A DNA stretch of 64,000 bases from Desulfobacterales bacterium (GTDB taxonomy: Bacteria; Desulfobacterota; Desulfobacteria; Desulfobacterales; JAHEIW01). The notes beneath the pieces are model-generated. The model saw only the letters and a list, made by a program, of their open reading frames with translations. It searched no databases and was not told the origin of the DNA. Made by a program: the position numbers and the translations under genes. Numbering within the stretch: the first letter of the stretch is position 1; the number at the start of each line of letters is the position of its first letter. The stretch lies in assembly GCA_050116835.1 (NCBI GenBank), contig JASFNW010000004.1, forward strand, positions 7,024-71,023, in the 5' to 3' direction. Below are positions 17,688 through 26,650 of this stretch, piece by piece.

Positions 17688-20159
17688 TTGGAGGAGCGCA
17701 AATTGCGAAGAGAAGAAGTGGTTAAACTCAATTTCGGAGGTCGCAACAGCCAAAAATCTCTGCGGGGGCACTTCTTTCGTGTGGCAGGTCCGATTGGCTT
17801 TGTGTTTGTCATGCTGGCTGCGCTGCTCGCCATTATCGTTTATTCCTATTTTAGCAATCGCCGGGATGCATTGGCTTTGTCGGAGGAAGTGCTGGGTGCG
17901 ATCGAACGGCGCATCGCCGGCGAGTTGGATGCTTTTATAGTACCGATTGAAGATACGGTTCAGCTCACTGCCGACTTCTTAGAAAATACGCCATTTGACA
18001 TTCACAATCGGGATCTCCTGGAATCCCTTGCTTTCAGAGTTTTGGGCAACCTTTCGCAGGTAAGCAATTTCATTGTGGCCGATCTTCAAGGCAACTTCTT
18101 AATGATCGCCCGCCAGCCGGATGGGTCCCTGCACACCAAAATTATGGAGCGCTCCGACGCCGCCGCCCAGACCACCTGGATTCGCCGGGACCCGGCGGGC
18201 AACGTGGTTGATGAAGAAACTGTCTTCGATGATCCTTACGATCCGCGAGAGCGGCCCTGGTACACGGGGGCTGTAAACAGAGAGGAGCCAAACTGGTCCG
18301 ATTTCTACATATTTTTTACCAGTCAGACCCACGGCGTAACCGTCTCTTTGCCGATTATGGGAAAAAGCGATGAACGCCTGGGTGTATTCGGCATGGATGT
18401 CGAATTGAAAGACGTCAGCGCGTTTCTGGAGACGCTCAAAATCGGCCAGAACGGGGAAGCCATCATTATCGACGAAGAGGGATACATCGTTGCCCATCCG
18501 GAGATCAAAAAAATGGTGAAAAGGGAAGGCGATCTGTATAAACCCATTTTGGTGGAAGAACTGGGAAATCCGGTTTTAAATCGCGCATACAGCCGGTTCT
18601 TGATCGAGGGCCATGGTCATCGGGATTTGGTGGTTGACGGTCGGCGTTATCTGAGTACTGCCTTTCTGATGCCTCAAAAAACAGGGCTCGATCTATCGGT
18701 ATTTGTTTTTGTACCGGAGGAAGACTTTGTCGGATTTGTGGGGCGCAACAACCGCAATATTATCCTGATGTCCGCCGGCATTGTGCTGCTGGCAGCCATT
18801 ATGGCCGGTTTGCTGGTTTTCCAGGGGCTGCAGGCGGAACGCAATGCCCGGCAGGTGCTCGATCGCCAGCATCAACTCGAGGCCCAGAGCCGGGCCTTTT
18901 CTGAGCTCTCATCCAGCGCGGCCATGTTTGATGCCGAGGATATGGAATCTTTCGGGCAGTTAACCGAAATTGTTACCGGTGCCATCAATTTAAGACGTAG
19001 CAGCTTATGGAATTATGATGATGGCGGCCAATTCTTGAAGTGTATCGACAGTTACGATCTCGAAAGCTACGGTCATACGAAGGGGACCGTGCTGAACCGG
19101 ATCGACTTTCCTATGTTGTTTGATCTGTTAGAAAACGGCGAAGAGATCGAGGCCGTTGATGCGGAAACGGATACGCGATTGGCCGAACTGTATCGGGTTT
19201 ACTTGCAACCGCTGGGCTGTGAATCATTGTTGGCGGTACCGATTCGTTATCACGGTCACACAGTAGGGGCCCTGTGGTTCGAGCATGATCGTCAGCACGA
19301 CGGCTGGTCGAGTGAAGAAATTTCCTTTGGGCATGCCATTGCCGACATGCTGGCGCTGCGGTTGTCAGTGGATCCAGCATGCATCCGTGCATTTGCACAG
19401 CCGGAAGAAGATATTGAAACTGCAGAGGCACCGGGTGCCTCATCGCCGCAACCGGCCCCGGTCGCAGGGGACATTCAACCCGAGGGCCATCCTGTTGCAC
19501 CCGAGATCACCCAACAACGTTCGGGCCCCAATTCGATGGGCGGAAAAGCGCCCATCACCTCGTTTTTGGATCGTCTCAAGGCCGGTGGTATTGATCCCGA
19601 TCAAACCGCGGCAGATATATTTCCCGAAATGACTGTCCTGGTCCTGCAGTTTACCGATACCCTATCCCTTGCCGGTCGCATCACGGATACCGACACCACA
19701 ACGACGGTTGATCAAATGGTCGGTCACCTGGAAGATTTGGTCACAGCCCAGGGCATCGACTACATGAAGGTGATGGGGGAGGAAATCGTCTGTGCGGCGG
19801 GATTCAAATCTGGACTCGAAGACCATGCCGGTCTGATTGCTGACCTGGCGCTCGGGATCCAGAATCACTGTAGCAGCTTGTTTGCATCGCAAAACACAGC
19901 CATGGAATTCCGAGTCGGGATCGATACCGGGGCCGTTTTGGGCAGCTCGGTGGGTCGCAAAGCGAAAACGTATAATATTTGGGGCGAGTCGGTTCGTTTT
20001 GCATCCAAGATGGCTGATTCCGGAATACCCGGCGGCATCCAGGTTTCGGAAACGACCTATCGTCGGCTGCGCGCCCGTTACCTGTTTAAATTGCGCGGCC
20101 ACTACTATTTGCCCAACATCGGTGAAACCTCAACCTATCTTCTGACAGGACGAATATGA
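17688..20159 (+). CDS. Membrane sensor: periplasmic Cache-like domain, TM, GAF domain, class III nucleotidyl-cyclase-homology domain (motifs divergent)
   Basis: 823-aa ORF. Two TM segments flank a Cache-like region (PWYTGAV, GVFGMDVEL, IIIDEEGYIVAHPE). GAF-like segment (LLAVPIRYHGHTVGALWFEH). C-terminal cyclase fold (RVGIDTGAVLGSSVG, YNIWGESVRFASKMAD, IQVSETTYRRL). The TTG at 17703, preceded by GGAGGAG, may be the true start. Confidence 0.75.
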   Translation: MEERKLRREEVVKLNFGGRNSQKSLRGHFFRVAGPIGFVFVMLAALLAIIVYSYFSNRRDALALSEEVLGAIERRIAGELDAFIVPIEDTVQLTADFLENTPFDIHNRDLLESLAFRVLGNLSQVSNFIVADLQGNFLMIARQPDGSLHTKIMERSDAAAQTTWIRRDPAGNVVDEETVFDDPYDPRERPWYTGAVNREEPNWSDFYIFFTSQTHGVTVSLPIMGKSDERLGVFGMDVELKDVSAFLETLKIGQNGEAIIIDEEGYIVAHPEIKKMVKREGDLYKPILVEELGNPVLNRAYSRFLIEGHGHRDLVVDGRRYLSTAFLMPQKTGLDLSVFVFVPEEDFVGFVGRNNRNIILMSAGIVLLAAIMAGLLVFQGLQAERNARQVLDRQHQLEAQSRAFSELSSSAAMFDAEDMESFGQLTEIVTGAINLRRSSLWNYDDGGQFLKCIDSYDLESYGHTKGTVLNRIDFPMLFDLLENGEEIEAVDAETDTRLAELYRVYLQPLGCESLLAVPIRYHGHTVGALWFEHDRQHDGWSSEEISFGHAIADMLALRLSVDPACIRAFAQPEEDIETAEAPGASSPQPAPVAGDIQPEGHPVAPEITQQRSGPNSMGGKAPITSFLDRLKAGGIDPDQTAADIFPEMTVLVLQFTDTLSLAGRITDTDTTTTVDQMVGHLEDLVTAQGIDYMKVMGEEIVCAAGFKSGLEDHAGLIADLALGIQNHCSSLFASQNTAMEFRVGIDTGAVLGSSVGRKAKTYNIWGESVRFASKMADSGIPGGIQVSETTYRRLRARYLFKLRGHYYLPNIGETSTYLLTGRI

Positions 20160-21001
20160 GCGACGAAGGCGTCATATTAAAAGGAAACACAAGATTGCAT
20201 GCGGGATCGATGCCGAGACGCTTGCTTGCTACCACCGGAAAATGGACGATAGGCCTCTGGCGGGCGTTGGTTCGATTGATCAGCGATGCCGTGGCCGTCA
20301 TCTGGCAAAGTTGTCGCCCGATGACCTGGCGACAATCAATGCGCATCGAGTTTATGCGCCAGTGTTATGAGGTGGGCGCAAGTGCGCTACCCTTTATTCT
20401 GCTCAGCGGGGTTTTCGTTGGGTTTGGCACCTTGGCCCAGACGATTCACTGGTTAAGGGTGTTTGGCGGTACGGCATTGTTCGGAGGCTTTCTGTCCGAA
20501 ATTTTGGCAACCGAAATTGCACCGCTGGCGGTGGGACTGATTTTGATCGGACGCAGCGGATTGAGGCTTTTGGTCGAATTGGGCTCCCTGAAGGTCGAAG
20601 GTCAGGTCCGTATGCTGGATGCCCAGGGAATCGATCCGTTTCTGTATCTGGTGGTGCCGCGGGTATTGGCATTTTGCATTTGTATGTTTTCGCTGACCGT
20701 TGCCTTTGTGGCGGTGGCTATTTTAGCAGGGTATGCTTTAGGTGCCGTTGCCGGCCTGATACAATTCACCTTTTTCGATTTCCTCAATCGCGCCATTGGT
20801 TCATTGGGGTGGCAAACCTATGTCGTGTTTACCTTGAAGACAATTGCCATTGGGTTTGCGATTGCGCTGATATCCTGCAAGACGGCGCTCTCGGTTAGCG
20901 GTGTCTCGGCCAATGTCGTGGATATTATGCCGAGGGGATTTGCCCAATCTGCCCTGGCCACCCTGATCATATCCATTGCGATCACAATCTTATTTAAATG
21001 A
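20156..21001 (+). CDS. mlaE: MlaE-family ABC transporter permease
   Basis: 281 aa. MlaE-like pattern (LVELGSLKVEGQVRMLDAQGIDPFLYLVVPRVLA). The ATG overlaps the sensor stop (ATGA). Confidence 0.8.
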   Translation: MSDEGVILKGNTRLHAGSMPRRLLATTGKWTIGLWRALVRLISDAVAVIWQSCRPMTWRQSMRIEFMRQCYEVGASALPFILLSGVFVGFGTLAQTIHWLRVFGGTALFGGFLSEILATEIAPLAVGLILIGRSGLRLLVELGSLKVEGQVRMLDAQGIDPFLYLVVPRVLAFCICMFSLTVAFVAVAILAGYALGAVAGLIQFTFFDFLNRAIGSLGWQTYVVFTLKTIAIGFAIALISCKTALSVSGVSANVVDIMPRGFAQSALATLIISIAITILFK

Positions 21002-21013
21002 TGGTGACATCTA

Positions 21014-21721
21014 ATGGCGGTGATTTTAGAGAAGCAGCGTGATATCTTAAAATTCGAAGATACTGTTTTTACGAGTGCCATCCGCGGCATCGCGGAATCC
21101 GATAAACTCAGCCTGAGTATTTGCAGCGGTGAGCTGGCTTTAATCCGTCTGGCGCGTTTGGAGCAGACAGGGGGATTTGCGGATGCGTGCTCCGGAATAT
21201 TTTCACCGACCAGTGGGCGCATCTTTTTTCTGGGAAGAAACTGGCTGGAGCTTGCGCCCGACCAGGCCAATGCACTGCGGGGCCGAATCGGACGTGTATT
21301 CAGGACCGGCAACTGGATTAACCACTTATCACTGATGGAGAATATATTGCTTCCACAACTTCACCATACCCGGAGACCTGCGCGCCGGCTGCGGGATGAA
21401 GCCGGGAAACTGGCAGAGCAGTTTGGTCTTCCCGGGCTGCCTTTAGGACTGCCCGGCGATTTTACAGCAGCCGACCTGCGGCGCGCTGCCTGTGTGCGAG
21501 CATTTTTGGGTCGGCCCCTGCTGATTCTGCTGGAAGAGCCAACTTCCGGAATTTACCTTGAAGTCATATCGGCACTGATGACGGCCATCCGAGAGGCGCG
21601 TGAGCGCGGCGCCGCAGTGATCTGGTTGACGCAGAAAGATTTGATCTGGAATGATCAGACCCTGCCGGTAACCCAACGCTATCGACTGGTGTCCGGGAAG
21701 TTGATGGAGATGACAACATGA
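21014..21721 (+). CDS. MlaF-like ABC ATPase homologue with degenerate catalytic motifs (probable pseudo-ATPase)
   Basis: ABC-fold spacing is retained: Q-loop region, LLILLEEPTSG at the Walker B position, D-loop. There is no GxxGxGK[ST] P-loop (it reads LIRLARLEQTGG). The signature reads FTAADLRR instead of LSGG. The H-loop His is replaced (LTQKD). Confidence 0.6.
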   Translation: MAVILEKQRDILKFEDTVFTSAIRGIAESDKLSLSICSGELALIRLARLEQTGGFADACSGIFSPTSGRIFFLGRNWLELAPDQANALRGRIGRVFRTGNWINHLSLMENILLPQLHHTRRPARRLRDEAGKLAEQFGLPGLPLGLPGDFTAADLRRAACVRAFLGRPLLILLEEPTSGIYLEVISALMTAIREARERGAAVIWLTQKDLIWNDQTLPVTQRYRLVSGKLMEMTT

Positions 21722-22764
21722 AAGAGACGCTCAGGCAACCAAAGTTCCGCTACACGAATGAGACGGTCGGGTTGTTTGTATTGATCAGCCTGCTGATTTT
21801 TGTTGCCGGATTGATATATTCCGGTCAAGTGCGCAAGTGGTTTAACCCCGGTGAAACGCTCAAGGTGGTATTACCCGATGAAGGACTTTCCGGCTTGAGC
21901 GTAGGCTCGAAAGTAGAAATTTTGGGCACCCAGGCCGGGGAAGTCAGAGATATCGTCATCAATCCCGATCAGAAGATACATGCGAATGTGCGCATTGACA
22001 GTAAGATGGCGGTATTTGTTCGCAGCGATTCAAAAGCATTCATACGAAAGACATTCGGTATCGCCGGTGATGCCTATCTTGAAATCACCCGGGGCACCGA
22101 GGCCCCGCTTGACTGGGAATTTGCCGTTCTTACCGTCGAGTCCGATCGCAAGACATCCGACACATTGGCGGAACTCATCGAAGAGCTACGCGCCAAGATA
22201 TTACCGGTTGTCGAGGATGTCCACCAAGCGATCCTGTTGCTCACTAACGTTGCCAAGGACCTGCAGGATCCCGAAAAGGGGGTTCAGCAGTTGCTGACGA
22301 ATCTGAATTCCATTGCCGATAAGATTGCTCGCGGGGAAGGGGCGCTCGGCCGCCTGCTGACCGAAGATACGCTCGTAAGGGACCTGGAAAGCCTGATCGC
22401 TCGCTTGGCGCCGCTTTTTGATGATTTGGAAGAAATGGTTGACAACGTCTCGGAATACTCCGCTGAATTCGATACCGAAACCGGTGATATTCCTAAAATT
22501 ACACGCAGTCTTAAAAAGACAATGGCGTCCTTGGAAATCGTGATGAAGGACCTCAGCGAAGCAACACCCCGGCTGCCGAAGATTGTCGAAAATGTCGGAG
22601 ACACTGCGGATGAGGTCCCGACACTCGTTTTGCAGTTGCAACAGGTCATGGTCGAACTGGAGCGTCTGATCCAACAACTCCAGTCTAACTGGTTACTGGG
22701 CGGTGGCTCCAGTCAGCCGTCGCAGACGGCAACCCGAATATCCCCCCTGGAGGTAAACCCATGA
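21718..22764 (+). CDS. MlaD/MCE-domain protein with extended helical C-terminus
   Basis: N-terminal TM (VGLFVLISLLIFVAGLIY). MCE domain (LSGLSVGSKVEILGTQAGEVRDI). Long helical tail. ATGA overlap with the upstream gene. Confidence 0.8.
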   Translation: MKETLRQPKFRYTNETVGLFVLISLLIFVAGLIYSGQVRKWFNPGETLKVVLPDEGLSGLSVGSKVEILGTQAGEVRDIVINPDQKIHANVRIDSKMAVFVRSDSKAFIRKTFGIAGDAYLEITRGTEAPLDWEFAVLTVESDRKTSDTLAELIEELRAKILPVVEDVHQAILLLTNVAKDLQDPEKGVQQLLTNLNSIADKIARGEGALGRLLTEDTLVRDLESLIARLAPLFDDLEEMVDNVSEYSAEFDTETGDIPKITRSLKKTMASLEIVMKDLSEATPRLPKIVENVGDTADEVPTLVLQLQQVMVELERLIQQLQSNWLLGGGSSQPSQTATRISPLEVNP

Positions 22765-23741
22765 TCCGTTATCTGCGCTCGAACAATTGGGTGATGTTTG
22801 TCGGCTTGCTGATAGCAGTTGCCGTTTTGACGCTGAGCGGGTGCGGGTCTTCAGCACCCAGGCAAAAAGGTCCGGCCGTAGACGAAGCGCTCGAGCGTTT
22901 TAACCGGGCAGCGCGATTGGCTTTTGACAAGGGCCGACTCGAGCAGGCCGCAAATTTATATCGCAAAGCGCTGGAGCGTGCTTACGTGCGTGATGATTCA
23001 GCCGCAATTTTGGATGCCCGCTACAATCTGGCCGTTTGTTTGTTGAATTTGCAATCCTATGCAGAAGCGCTGTCCGTCGTGCAGCGCGCCAATAGCGAAA
23101 TGGCGCTGGCAGGGCGTAACGATTCGCCCGATTTTCTTCTCCTGGAAGCGACCATACATTATCATAGCGGTGATTTGGATGAGGCCTGGAAAATTACGGA
23201 CCAAATCCTGTCCGCTGCGAAGCCGGCACCTTCAGTCATCAAAAGCAAAACCCATTACCTGCGGGGTTTGATTGCAAGCAAACAGGGCGACAAGGATCAG
23301 TTGCGCGCGGCAATCGCCGCTCTGGGACAGCCGCAGCAACCTCAGTTGCGCGCAGATCGTCAGGAATTGTTGGGACACCTGGCCATGGCGGAACAAAACG
23401 GGGATGCGGCGATGGATGCATTTGACGCAGCGGCAAACCTGCGTCGGGAAACGCTTGACTATCGCGGAATGGTCAAAGCCCTGGCGCTGGCCGGCGCGGC
23501 CGGTGAAAAGGCAGGACGTCCCCAGGAAGCTTCGATTCGTTACCTCAGAGCCGGGCGCAGTGCCCTGCTGCAGGGGCTGTTCGACAACGCCCGCAAATGG
23601 TTGAACCGGGCTGAACAAATTGCCGGCGCAACCGGTGAAGCCCAAATTGCCGCAGAAGCCCGCACCTATCTGCGGCAGCTTGAGGAGTTAGCTTCATCCG
23701 CATCTGCCCGTCCCGCTCAAAAGGCGACCTTGCCGGAGTAA
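22761..23741 (+). CDS. TPR-repeat lipoprotein
   Basis: Signal plus lipobox LTLSGC. Repeated Ala/Leu-rich TPR-like helices. ATGA overlap with the MlaD-like gene. Confidence 0.65.
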   Translation: MIRYLRSNNWVMFVGLLIAVAVLTLSGCGSSAPRQKGPAVDEALERFNRAARLAFDKGRLEQAANLYRKALERAYVRDDSAAILDARYNLAVCLLNLQSYAEALSVVQRANSEMALAGRNDSPDFLLLEATIHYHSGDLDEAWKITDQILSAAKPAPSVIKSKTHYLRGLIASKQGDKDQLRAAIAALGQPQQPQLRADRQELLGHLAMAEQNGDAAMDAFDAAANLRRETLDYRGMVKALALAGAAGEKAGRPQEASIRYLRAGRSALLQGLFDNARKWLNRAEQIAGATGEAQIAAEARTYLRQLEELASSASARPAQKATLPE

Positions 23742-23842
23742 ATTCGGGTGAACAGCGATAACCCTCAGACATGGAATCGAAGTGTTTACCTGGATCAGAT
23801 ACCTATCAATTTTAAACGAACGTGTTTTTCGGGGATGCTGCC

Positions 23843-24946
23843 ATGAACAAAGACGCGATCAATAAATGGGTATTGCTGTTGCTGGTGTTTTTTATCTCGG
23901 CCCTTTTTCTGTCAATGATACGCCAGTTTCTGATGGCCATTTTCATGGCCGGTATTTTCTCGGCGCTGTCTTATCCTCTGTATCGGCGCTTTGAAAAATG
24001 GTTCAAAGGTCGACGCAGCCTGGCGTCTATCGCAACGCTCATTTTGATCGTCTTTGTTGTTATCTTGCCACTGGGTGGGCTGCTGGGAATTGTCACCGGA
24101 CAGGCCATTAAGGTGGGCGAAGCCGTCAAGCCCTGGGTGGAGCAACAGCTGTCCGAGCCCGACGCCATTTCCAACACACTCAAAACCCTGCCGTTTTATG
24201 ATCGCATCGAACCCTACCGCAATTGGATCTTGACCAAAGCCGGACAACTTGTCGGTCATATCAGCAGTTTTCTAATCGACCGTCTCCGAGCCGTCACCGT
24301 CGGAACCGTTAATTTTTTGTTCATGCTGTTTATTATGCTCTATACGATGTTCTTTTTTCTGATGGACGGAGACAAGTTGATTGATAAAATGCTTTACTAT
24401 TTACCGCTGGAAGATCAGGATGAACGCCGCATACTGGATAAATTCACTTCGGTTAGCCGCGCGACGCTTAAGGGGACTGCAGTAATCGGTATTTTACAGG
24501 GAGCCCTGGCCGGAGCCGCATTTGCCGTAGTGGGAATTCACAGCGCGGTGTTCTGGGGCACCATCATGGCGGTGCTGTCCTTTATCCCCGGTATCGGCAC
24601 CGCGCTGGTGTGGATACCGGCGGCGATTATTCTGTCCGCTAGCGGACACCTGGCCAAAGGCATCGGCCTGGGCGTTTTCTGTGCGGCAGTGGTGGGCAGC
24701 ATTGACAATCTGCTGCGCCCCATTTTGGTGGGCAGAGACACCCAGATGCACGAGTTGATGATTCTTTTCGGCACCCTGGGCGGCATTGTCATGTTCGGCG
24801 TGTTGGGGATCATCATCGGACCGATCATTGCAGCCCTGTTTGTAACGGTTTGGGAAATCTATGGTGTGGCCTTTCAGGAGGTGTTGCCGGGGGTGATGTC
24901 TTCTGGCGCTGACGAAGACGAATCCAGAAAGAAAACGTCTGAATAA
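23843..24946 (+). CDS. AI-2E family transporter (PerM/UPF0118)
   Basis: Polytopic protein with family-typical motifs (ATLKGTAVIGILQGALAG, IPGIGTALVWIP, DNLLRPILVG). Start set at the ATG (Met8 of the track ORF) with an upstream GGGGA. Confidence 0.8.
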   Translation: MNKDAINKWVLLLLVFFISALFLSMIRQFLMAIFMAGIFSALSYPLYRRFEKWFKGRRSLASIATLILIVFVVILPLGGLLGIVTGQAIKVGEAVKPWVEQQLSEPDAISNTLKTLPFYDRIEPYRNWILTKAGQLVGHISSFLIDRLRAVTVGTVNFLFMLFIMLYTMFFFLMDGDKLIDKMLYYLPLEDQDERRILDKFTSVSRATLKGTAVIGILQGALAGAAFAVVGIHSAVFWGTIMAVLSFIPGIGTALVWIPAAIILSASGHLAKGIGLGVFCAAVVGSIDNLLRPILVGRDTQMHELMILFGTLGGIVMFGVLGIIIGPIIAALFVTVWEIYGVAFQEVLPGVMSSGADEDESRKKTSE

Positions 24947-24959
24947 TAATTCAGGGGTG

Positions 24960-26231
24960 TTAGGGGGAAACCTTACGTAGCCCTTCTTCCAATATGGCCA
25001 GGCCTTTTTCCAGCTGGGCATCGCTTATCACAAACGGCGCCAAAATGCGGACGATATTGCCGTAGCTGCCGCATGTCAATATCACCAATCCCATCTCGAG
25101 GCATTCGCTGACCAACTGCTTAGCTTCTTGAGATGCCGGCTCTTTTTCCGGTCCTTTGACCAGCTCCAGGCCCAGCATGGCACCCAGGCCGCGGATTTCA
25201 CCGATCATATCATCAAATTGTTCCTGCCATCTTTTAAAGCAGGCGTTGAGTTTCTCGCCCAATGCCTGTGCCTTAATTAACAGATTTTCTTCTTCAAAAA
25301 TGTCGAGCACCGCCAGAGCTGCCCGGCAGGCCAGCGGGTTGGCGCCATAAGTGCCGCCTAGTCCTCCCGGATGCACAGCGTCCATGATCTCCTGGCGGCC
25401 GACCACCGCGCTAAGGGGCATACCGGCAGCCAGACTTTTGGCCACGGTCATCAGGTCGGGTTCGACATCCCAGTGTTCGATGGCAAACATCTTTCCGGTG
25501 CGCCCCATACCGCTCTGGATTTCATCGGCCACAAACAGGATACCATTGTCATGACAGATTTTCACCAGTTCCTGAAAATAACCGGGCGGCGGGGCGATAA
25601 ATCCGCCCTCACCCTGTACCGGCTCGGCCACCACCGCCGCGACGGCCTCAGGGTTTACGTGTTTGACGAAAAAGTCGTGGAGGTTTTCAGGGCCGGCGAC
25701 ATCGCCGAAGGGCATGCGGTAGATTTCCGGCGCGAAGGGACCGAAGCCGAATTTGTAAGGTTTGACCTTGCTGGTCATGGTCATGGTCAACAAGGTGCGG
25801 CCGTGGTAAGCGTTTTCAAAAACGATAATGGCCGGTCGCTGGGTGTAGTAGCGGGCGATCTTGACGGCGTTTTCAACCGCTTCGGCCCCGCTGTTGACCA
25901 GCAGTGTCTTTTTAGGAAATTTGCCGGGAGTGATGCGGCCGAGTTTTTCAGCCAGCCGAACGGCCGGCTCATAAGGGTTGACCATAAAGCAGGTGTGGGT
26001 AAACTTTTCGGCCTGGTCCTTGATAGCAGCCACCACTTTCGGATGGCTGTGCCCCACATTCATGACGGCAATGCCGCCGGCAAAATCGATGTATTCCCGA
26101 CCTTCAACATCCCGGATAACGGCTCCCTCGGCGGATTCCACATAAAGACTGGTCGTGCTGGCGTGGCCTGATGACACCACCTCGTTGCGCAATTGGGTTA
26201 GTTGGTCCGTCTTCATTGTCTGGCTCTTCAT
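24960..26231 (-). CDS. Class-III PLP aminotransferase (4-aminobutyrate/ornithine aminotransferase-like)
   Basis: Family pattern (NSGAEAVENAVKIAR, ADEIQSGMGRTG, TVAKSL with the catalytic Lys context). Start at Met22 of the track ORF, preceded by GGGAG. Confidence 0.85.
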   Translation of the reverse strand: MKSQTMKTDQLTQLRNEVVSSGHASTTSLYVESAEGAVIRDVEGREYIDFAGGIAVMNVGHSHPKVVAAIKDQAEKFTHTCFMVNPYEPAVRLAEKLGRITPGKFPKKTLLVNSGAEAVENAVKIARYYTQRPAIIVFENAYHGRTLLTMTMTSKVKPYKFGFGPFAPEIYRMPFGDVAGPENLHDFFVKHVNPEAVAAVVAEPVQGEGGFIAPPPGYFQELVKICHDNGILFVADEIQSGMGRTGKMFAIEHWDVEPDLMTVAKSLAAGMPLSAVVGRQEIMDAVHPGGLGGTYGANPLACRAALAVLDIFEEENLLIKAQALGEKLNACFKRWQEQFDDMIGEIRGLGAMLGLELVKGPEKEPASQEAKQLVSECLEMGLVILTCGSYGNIVRILAPFVISDAQLEKGLAILEEGLRKVSP

Positions 26232-26265
26232 TTGCTTACTCCCATACAAAGCTAAAGACCATTTT

Positions 26266-26649
26266 TTAGATATAGGCGGTTGCCGTAATCTCAACTCTTG
26301 TATTGAACGGAAGGTTGCCGGCCTGGATGCACGTACGGGCCGGACGATTTTCTTTAAAGTATTTTTTATAGACTTCGTTAAAACGCGTGTACTCTTCGAT
26401 GTCGAGAAGATATACGGTAACCGTCAACACCTTGTCCAGTGATGAGCCGGCTTCTTCCAATATGATTTGCAAATTTTTTAGCCCCAGCTCGGCTTCTTCT
26501 TCCACGGTACCCAGCTTGATTTCGTTGGTCAGCGGATCCACCGCACCCTGCCCAGAAACATAAATAATGCCGTTGTGGATAATGGCCTGGGAATAGGGCC
26601 CGCCGGTCACGGCCGCCTTATCGGTCTGAAAAACCTTCTTCGCTTCCAT
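26266..26649 (-). CDS. ridA: RidA family (YjgF/TdcF) enamine/imine deaminase
   Basis: About 127 aa from Met18 of the track ORF. Contains GPYSQAI, VSGQ and PARTCIQAGNLP. The ATG lies 1 nt after the livF stop (TGAAATG). Confidence 0.85.
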   Translation of the reverse strand: MEAKKVFQTDKAAVTGGPYSQAIIHNGIIYVSGQGAVDPLTNEIKLGTVEEEAELGLKNLQIILEEAGSSLDKVLTVTVYLLDIEEYTRFNEVYKKYFKENRPARTCIQAGNLPFNTRVEITATAYI

Positions 26650-26650
26650 T

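Noticed and set aside
25371-26171. 266-aa ORF on the plus strand
   Set aside because: It is antisense to the class-III aminotransferase. It has no recognisable motifs and is a shadow ORF.
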